Shown here one piece after another: positions 45,619 through 45,943 of a DNA stretch of 45,943 nucleotides (its first letter is position 1; every line of letters begins with the position of its first letter). The notes beneath the pieces were generated by a model, which worked only from the letters and a program-made list of their open reading frames with translations, was not told the origin of the DNA and searched no databases. The stretch comes from Candidatus Micrarchaeaceae archaeon (GTDB lineage Archaea > Micrarchaeota > Micrarchaeia > Micrarchaeales > CABMGC01). The DNA is taken from NCBI GenBank assembly GCA_038878295.1, contig JAVZVY010000002.1, positions 1-45,943 of the forward strand, written 5' to 3'. Both the position numbers and the translations under genes were made by a program.

Positions 45619-45943
45619 CTCCTCAAATTCTTCAGGATTGTCTTCAGTATTATGTAGCCATCCCTGAATGTCCTGAGATTGCCGTTTCCGTGGGCGCGCC
45701 TTTTCTCGAAGCTCGGTATTTCTATGATGTTGAGCCCTTTCTTTATCGCCTTTATGCTTATCTCTGTTTCTATTCCGAAACCAGGCTCCTTCAGATCAAG
45801 CTTCTGCATGACACCTCTCCTGAAGCTTCTGTAGCCGTAGCACATATCAGTATAGTTGGCGTGGAAAAGGGCGTTGACCAAGCCGACGAAGAACTTGTTG
45901 CCGAGCTTCCTTATTAGGGGCATGTCCTCTGTGCCGCCACCTA
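45615..45943 (-). CDS. GT2-family glycosyltransferase (dolichyl-phosphate sugar synthase-like), C-terminal part only
   Basis: The frame stays open to the right window edge (..GGGTEDMPLIRK..). The C-terminal blocks DMCYGYRSFRR and GFGIETEISIKA are typical of GT2 enzymes. Confidence 0.65.
   Translation of the reverse strand, partial: GGGTEDMPLIRKLGNKFFVGLVNALFHANYTDMCYGYRSFRRGVMQKLDLKEPGFGIETEISIKAIKKGLNIIEIPSFEKRRAHGNGNLRTFRDGYIILKTILKNLRS

Noticed and set aside
1-45943. CRISPR arrays, rRNA genes, transposases, integrases or IS termini
   Set aside because: I saw no regularly spaced short repeats, no rRNA-like sequence, no DDE/tyrosine-recombinase-like ORF, and no partial tRNA duplication flanking the tRNA genes.

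Overview
Compact archaeal chromosome segment. Archaeal markers are an intron-containing tRNA, membrane LonB, Topo VI subunit A, FEN1, aMBF1, and TATA boxes about 25 nt upstream of start codons. I call about 47 genes and 3 tRNAs. I saw no CRISPR array, rRNA or recognisable mobile element. The left 14 kb is the most unusual part. Four + strand genes encode very large LamG (concanavalin-A-like lectin) module proteins, and three of them start with archaeal prepilin-type (class III) signal peptides. They converge on a - strand operon for a type IV pilus/Tad-like machine: a wHTH-coiled-coil protein, a FlaI/PilB-type ATPase, a small acidic protein and two TadB/TadC-like platform proteins. An 88-bp block is perfectly triplicated at LamG module junctions. 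Next come three RCK/TrkA-domain genes, two tRNAs, DUF488, a MUG-type glycosylase, a polyprenyl synthase, a coiled-coil protein, a GH5-like hydrolase, RibB and a permease. The centre (24.8-32.4 kb) holds a second accessory-looking cluster. An RHH regulator, a small protein and CysD/CysN-like genes converge on GT4, a sulfatase-like enzyme lacking the formylglycine motif, and a NodU-type carbamoyltransferase, with a methyltransferase beside them. The enzyme set recalls the Nod-factor decoration genes NodP, NodQ, NodU and NodS. The right third is housekeeping: Memo-like protein, hydrolase, type-1 IDI, tRNA-Val, aminotransferase, Dph6-like protein, Nth, a second orphan secretion ATPase, Top6A, LonB, site-2 protease, aMBF1, FEN1 and a partial GT2. 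All family assignments come from motifs read by eye, because no searches could be run. Hand-counted coordinates may be off by 1-2 nt.
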